DNA of 64,000 nucleotides, taken from assembly GCA_963675525.2 (NCBI GenBank), contig CAXXSL010000008.1, positions 64,001-128,000 of the forward strand, read 5' to 3'. The position numbers and the translations under genes are program-made. The notes under the pieces are model-generated. The model did not search any database. It worked only from the letters and a program-made list of their open reading frames with translations, and was not told the origin of the DNA. Each line of letters opens with the position of its first letter. The stretch's first letter is position 1. This document shows positions 60,270 through 64,000 of this stretch, in pieces. Origin of the DNA: Anaerohalosphaeraceae bacterium (lineage in GTDB: Bacteria; Planctomycetota; Phycisphaerae; Sedimentisphaerales; Anaerohalosphaeraceae).

Positions 60270-61592
60270 ATGAGCTGCAAAAGAATTTTTTTATTTATGC
60301 TTATCGAGGCTTTGATAACGTTCTCCTTTGCTGCGACTGCTGATAATCAACAAGCCCAAGAAATCGGTAGTCAAACTGCCCCGTCGAATGTAAAAATCCA
60401 ACAAACCGGTGATCGTTTTGAATTGATAAGGAACGGGAAACCGTATTTTATTAATGGCGCAGGGGGCGCCGCTCGCCTGGATGCACTGGTGGAAGCCGGT
60501 GGCAATTCCATACGAACATGGAACAGTTCAAAAGAAATCCTGAACCAGGCCCAGGAAAAGGGATTGACCGTATGTATGGGTCTCCGCATGGCAAAACCAC
60601 GACATGGGGATGATTACAACGATATTAAAATGCTTCAAAGACAAAGGGACCGTATTTTCAGCGACGTTATGAAGTTAAAGGACCATCCGGCCCTTTTGCT
60701 ATGGGCCATCGGCAATGAAGTCGAACACAACGCCGGCGAAGAAAATCGCATTCTGATCTGGAAAGAAATTGAAAAAATCGCTCAACTGATTAAAGACATC
60801 GACCCGAATCACCCTGTGATTACAGTGATCGCCGGTGCCGGGAAAAAACTTCAGGAAATCAAACAACTCTGCCCGACCCTGGATGCTGTCGGGATCAATA
60901 GTTATGGAGAACTGGGGAATGTACCCGTTCTGGTTGAACGCTTCGAGTGGGAAAAGCCCTACCTGATCACCGAGTTCGGGCCCCGCGGCTGGTGGGAAGT
61001 TGAAAAAACCGTATGGGGGCTGCCGATTGAAGACACGAGTACGGAGAAGGCAAAATTCTATTATGACGCATACAAGGCAGGGGTCGATAAAAGACCAAAA
61101 TGCCTGGGCTCTTATGTTTTTCTCTGGGGTAATAAACAGGAGAAAACACATACATGGTTCAACCTATTCTTGCCGGACGGCAGTCCCACTGAGATCATAG
61201 ACACGATGACACGGCTATGGACCGGCAAGTGGCCGGAAAACAGGGCTCCGATGATCGGCAGAAAAAAAATATACACCAACGGCAATAACCAACTTCACAT
61301 TTATAAACCGTCGGATAAGATCGTATTTAAGGTTCAGGCAAGCGATCCTGACGGCGATGAACTAACGGTCAAGTGGGATATCCGGAAGGACAAATCGGAT
61401 AATCCGGCAACCGGTGGTGACTGGGAAGAAAGGATTCCGCCCATCGAAGATGCTGTGGTTTCATCCGAATCAAATAAAGCCGTTATTAACATGCCCGCAG
61501 AGGCCGGAAATTACAGAATATTTGCTTATGTATACGACTCCTCTGGAAAAGTGGCTACCGTAAATCTTCCGATAAGGGTAGCTATGGAGTAG
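60270..61592 (+). CDS. Secreted clan GH-A TIM-barrel glycoside hydrolase with C-terminal Ig domain (GH158-like beta-1,3-glucanase; may auto-annotate as GH2)
   Basis: NGKPYFINGAGG, GGNSIRTW, KDHPALLLWAIGNE, GINSYG, KPYLITEFGP; C-terminal DPDGD..GNYRIFAYVYD. Confidence 0.72.
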   Translation: MSCKRIFLFMLIEALITFSFAATADNQQAQEIGSQTAPSNVKIQQTGDRFELIRNGKPYFINGAGGAARLDALVEAGGNSIRTWNSSKEILNQAQEKGLTVCMGLRMAKPRHGDDYNDIKMLQRQRDRIFSDVMKLKDHPALLLWAIGNEVEHNAGEENRILIWKEIEKIAQLIKDIDPNHPVITVIAGAGKKLQEIKQLCPTLDAVGINSYGELGNVPVLVERFEWEKPYLITEFGPRGWWEVEKTVWGLPIEDTSTEKAKFYYDAYKAGVDKRPKCLGSYVFLWGNKQEKTHTWFNLFLPDGSPTEIIDTMTRLWTGKWPENRAPMIGRKKIYTNGNNQLHIYKPSDKIVFKVQASDPDGDELTVKWDIRKDKSDNPATGGDWEERIPPIEDAVVSSESNKAVINMPAEAGNYRIFAYVYDSSGKVATVNLPIRVAME

Positions 61593-61643
61593 TTAAGTAA
61601 GGTGAAATCCTCATTTTAATACTAAAAATAAAGCTATTTGGAA

Positions 61644-61684
61644 TGGAGATGATGAGATTCGAACTGACGATCTCTTGCATGCCA
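61644..61684 (-). other. Degenerate 3' half of tRNA-Ala(GGC); att-site-like remnant
   Basis: Minus strand TGGCATGCAAGAGATCGTCAGTTCGAATCTCATCATCTCCA contains the GGC anticodon, 3' anticodon stem TGCAA, TTCGAAT T-loop and acceptor 3' strand. The 5' half is absent and the T-stem is mismatched. Confidence 0.75.
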
Positions 61685-61824
61685 CATAGATACTAGACTC
61701 ATAGCTAATTAATAATAAAGGGTTTACAGAAGTATTTTGTTGTCCAAAAATAGAACCATACTGGTTCCAGGATATAGAGGTTCTTGTTTAGTTGAGATAG
61801 TATATTATACCACTAATTGGCAAC

Positions 61825-64000
61825 CTATTTAGTTCTCTCCTCTTGTTTAGGAACAAGACTTGTTTCCAGTTCCATCACTCTCGTTTCGATGATTTCTCTG
61901 GCCTGGTCCAGCGTTTTAAAACCTTCTTCCACCACGGGAATCGAACCACCGGCCTTCATCTGCATGGTGTTTTCAACAACATAAGGGGTAATAAACATCA
62001 GCAGCTCATTGTTGGTTACACTGTTTTCGGTATGTTTGAAAGCGCCGCCGATAATCGGCAAATCCCCGAGCAGCGGTACTTTCCGCTCAATCTCGGATTC
62101 ATTCTGAAACAGGATCCCGCCCAGCATAATCGTCTCACCATCCTGTACGATCACATGCGTGGTTGTATCCAATTCGCTGGTAGCAATATTGCCATTGATG
62201 ATTTCCGATACTTGAGAGAGATTCAAATTAATCGTGGTGTCCACCGCCTTTTCAGGGGTAATGCTGGGCCGTATTCGCAATGTAACACCGACGGGTCGGT
62301 AATTAAAGTTTCCTTTTGTCGCCGTTCCCTCAGCGCTGGTATTTTCACTTACAATAAATGCAACCTGTTGGCCGCGGAAGAACACAGCCTCTTCGTTGTC
62401 TTTAGTCCATAGCGTCGGCTGATTGAGTACCCGTGCATTGGCATGTTTTTCAAGAAATTCGATTAGCATGTTAATGTTCGAACCGGCCGATAGCGTAAAC
62501 GACCCTCGCTCAAAACCAGCGGTTAACTCCGTTATCGCATTGATGGAATTTTCCGTCAGGTCACCAAATGCAGAGGCATTTGAACTGAATTGTACCCCCA
62601 GAGATGTTACACTGCTGTGGTCCACAGATAAAATGACCGCCTTGATCATGACCTGCTTGCCCGGTTGGTCCAGTTCTTCAATCATGGCCACCATCTCGTC
62701 CATATACTCCGGCGGGGCTAAAACCAGTAATGCCTTGCTCCGCTGAACGGGAATAAATCGCACTTTCCCGATTAGATTACTCGTCGGCAACGCTTCATCA
62801 GCCCTGTTTCGGGCGACACCGGCATTCCACCAGGGCTTGATCTCATCCGGATTACTATTGTCGGGACGATTGTTGTTATTGTTATTATTTTGTGTGCTAT
62901 TGTCGGAGCTACTCGAATTGTTATTGTAATCGCTCAGGCCCCGGCGCGTTCTGCGAACTGTCGCAACTGTCCCCGGTTCATTCAAAATAGCGTTCAATTG
63001 ATCACACAGGTCTTCACTGTCGGCATACTTGAGCGTAATTACCTTTGGAACTTCCGCAACTTCCTGTCGATCCAATTCTCGAACCAGCTTTTCGATCACA
63101 TCATAGGCTTCCGGTATTTTGCTGATGACAATAATCTTTTTGGTTTCAGGGACCGCTTCGAAAGAAAGCTGGCCATACAGTGTGCCCACAATTTTCTTCT
63201 TGCTGTCACTTTCGTCGCCATAATAATAATCCCAAAATGACGTGTTTCGTTCAGACGCTTCAGAGAAAAGTGTTGATAATAGTTCGGCCATTTGTTTGGA
63301 ATCGGAATTCTGCAAAGCCATAATACGATAGGGCTGCCGTTCGATATTCAGCGGAACATCCCACTCTTGAATCTGTTTGGAAATTTTATCGATGTTCTCC
63401 GGCGATGCGATGACGGTCACTTTGCCGGCAGTCGGATAAGAAATTACCTTGACTGTATCAGAGCTTTTTTCGTTGCTACGACGATTATAGTAATAAGAAT
63501 ACCTTGAATTGACTTGCTCTTCTCCATAAAGTTCGTCAATATTAGTTTTGATTTGATCCGGATCCGCAAATTTCAACTCAAAGGTCTTCTCGTCAAAAAT
63601 ACCGGATGTCGGAAGGTCTATTTCCGCAATCAAGGACTCAACAATTTTCCGATTTTCTTCACTGCCGAATACAACGATCTGCCGGGCCTGACGCAGCGGT
63701 TGAACTACAATATTGGCCTTCAGTTGTGATCCGGGCATTTCCGCCAGGGTCTTTCCAACCGCCTGTGCAACTTCCATCACGTCCACATATTTGATCTGAA
63801 CTACGCTTTGCTCCGATGTCACCTCATCTTTTTTGTCAAGTTCTTCAACCCATTTTGCCACTTCCTTAATATCCTCCGGTGCCCCCTTGGCAATAATCCA
63901 CTTTCGTCGCTGTTCGGGAATCAACAGTAACGGCATCTTGGTTGATGAGATAAGCACTGATGACGCCTGGGTTGCATCCTTAGGGCCGCCGCCCTTGGGA
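61825..64000 (-). CDS. gspD: Type II secretion secretin (GspD-like); 5' end runs off the window
   Basis: Repeated N-domains (LKYADSEDL, IEELDQPGKQVMIKA); secretin core QPTLWTKDNEEA, YRPVGVTLRIRP, DGETIMLGG, KVPLLGDLPIIG, ELLMFITP. Frame is open to 64000. Confidence 0.92.
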   Translation of the reverse strand, partial: PKGGGPKDATQASSVLISSTKMPLLLIPEQRRKWIIAKGAPEDIKEVAKWVEELDKKDEVTSEQSVVQIKYVDVMEVAQAVGKTLAEMPGSQLKANIVVQPLRQARQIVVFGSEENRKIVESLIAEIDLPTSGIFDEKTFELKFADPDQIKTNIDELYGEEQVNSRYSYYYNRRSNEKSSDTVKVISYPTAGKVTVIASPENIDKISKQIQEWDVPLNIERQPYRIMALQNSDSKQMAELLSTLFSEASERNTSFWDYYYGDESDSKKKIVGTLYGQLSFEAVPETKKIIVISKIPEAYDVIEKLVRELDRQEVAEVPKVITLKYADSEDLCDQLNAILNEPGTVATVRRTRRGLSDYNNNSSSSDNSTQNNNNNNNRPDNSNPDEIKPWWNAGVARNRADEALPTSNLIGKVRFIPVQRSKALLVLAPPEYMDEMVAMIEELDQPGKQVMIKAVILSVDHSSVTSLGVQFSSNASAFGDLTENSINAITELTAGFERGSFTLSAGSNINMLIEFLEKHANARVLNQPTLWTKDNEEAVFFRGQQVAFIVSENTSAEGTATKGNFNYRPVGVTLRIRPSITPEKAVDTTINLNLSQVSEIINGNIATSELDTTTHVIVQDGETIMLGGILFQNESEIERKVPLLGDLPIIGGAFKHTENSVTNNELLMFITPYVVENTMQMKAGGSIPVVEEGFKTLDQAREIIETRVMELETSLVPKQEERTK

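Noticed and set aside
61644..61684. Functional tRNA-Ala gene
   Set aside because: No D-arm or 5' acceptor strand, and the T-stem is mismatched; reported only as a fragment.
62860..62930. Asn/Ser-rich (TTG/TTA) repeat in gspD
   Set aside because: In-frame low-complexity linker, common in secretin N-domains.
1..64000. CRISPR array, transposase, integrase, rRNA, exosortase, cohesin
   Set aside because: No regularly spaced repeats or recognisable motifs found by eye; a divergent cohesin cannot be excluded without HMM or structure searches.

Overview
A ~58-kb beta-glucan (laminarin-type beta-1,3/beta-1,6) utilisation locus, most likely from a Planctomycetota/Phycisphaerae-like bacterium (inferred from gene content). 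It lies between a partial type II secretion ATPase gene (gspE-like, left edge) and a partial secretin gene (gspD-like, right edge). It encodes three GH30s, five GH16-type domains (one with its nucleophile changed E->Q and fused to GH5), two GH3s, GH17, GH50-like and GH158/GH2-like enzymes, and a frameshifted GH161-like phosphorylase. It also encodes a GPH/MFS transporter, a LacI regulator with six matching palindromic operators, an ECF sigma/FecR pair, two secreted CotH kinase/lamin-tail proteins, two DUF1559-type pilin-like proteins and two PEP-CTERM proteins. No SusC/SusD or TonB-dependent receptor is visible. The most striking pattern is that ten secreted proteins carry the same dockerin-like Ca-binding tag, with no recognisable cohesin. 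In two separate cassettes, a putative glycan-binding domain is encoded both as a PEP-CTERM-anchored protein and as a dockerin-tagged protein, and one of these cassettes contains the pilin-like genes. I interpret this as a candidate PVC-specific, SusCD-independent surface glycan capture system. The locus is bracketed by a decayed copy of its last gene (3876-4194) and a tRNA-Ala 3' fragment (61644-61684). Family assignments come from motif recognition, not database searches.
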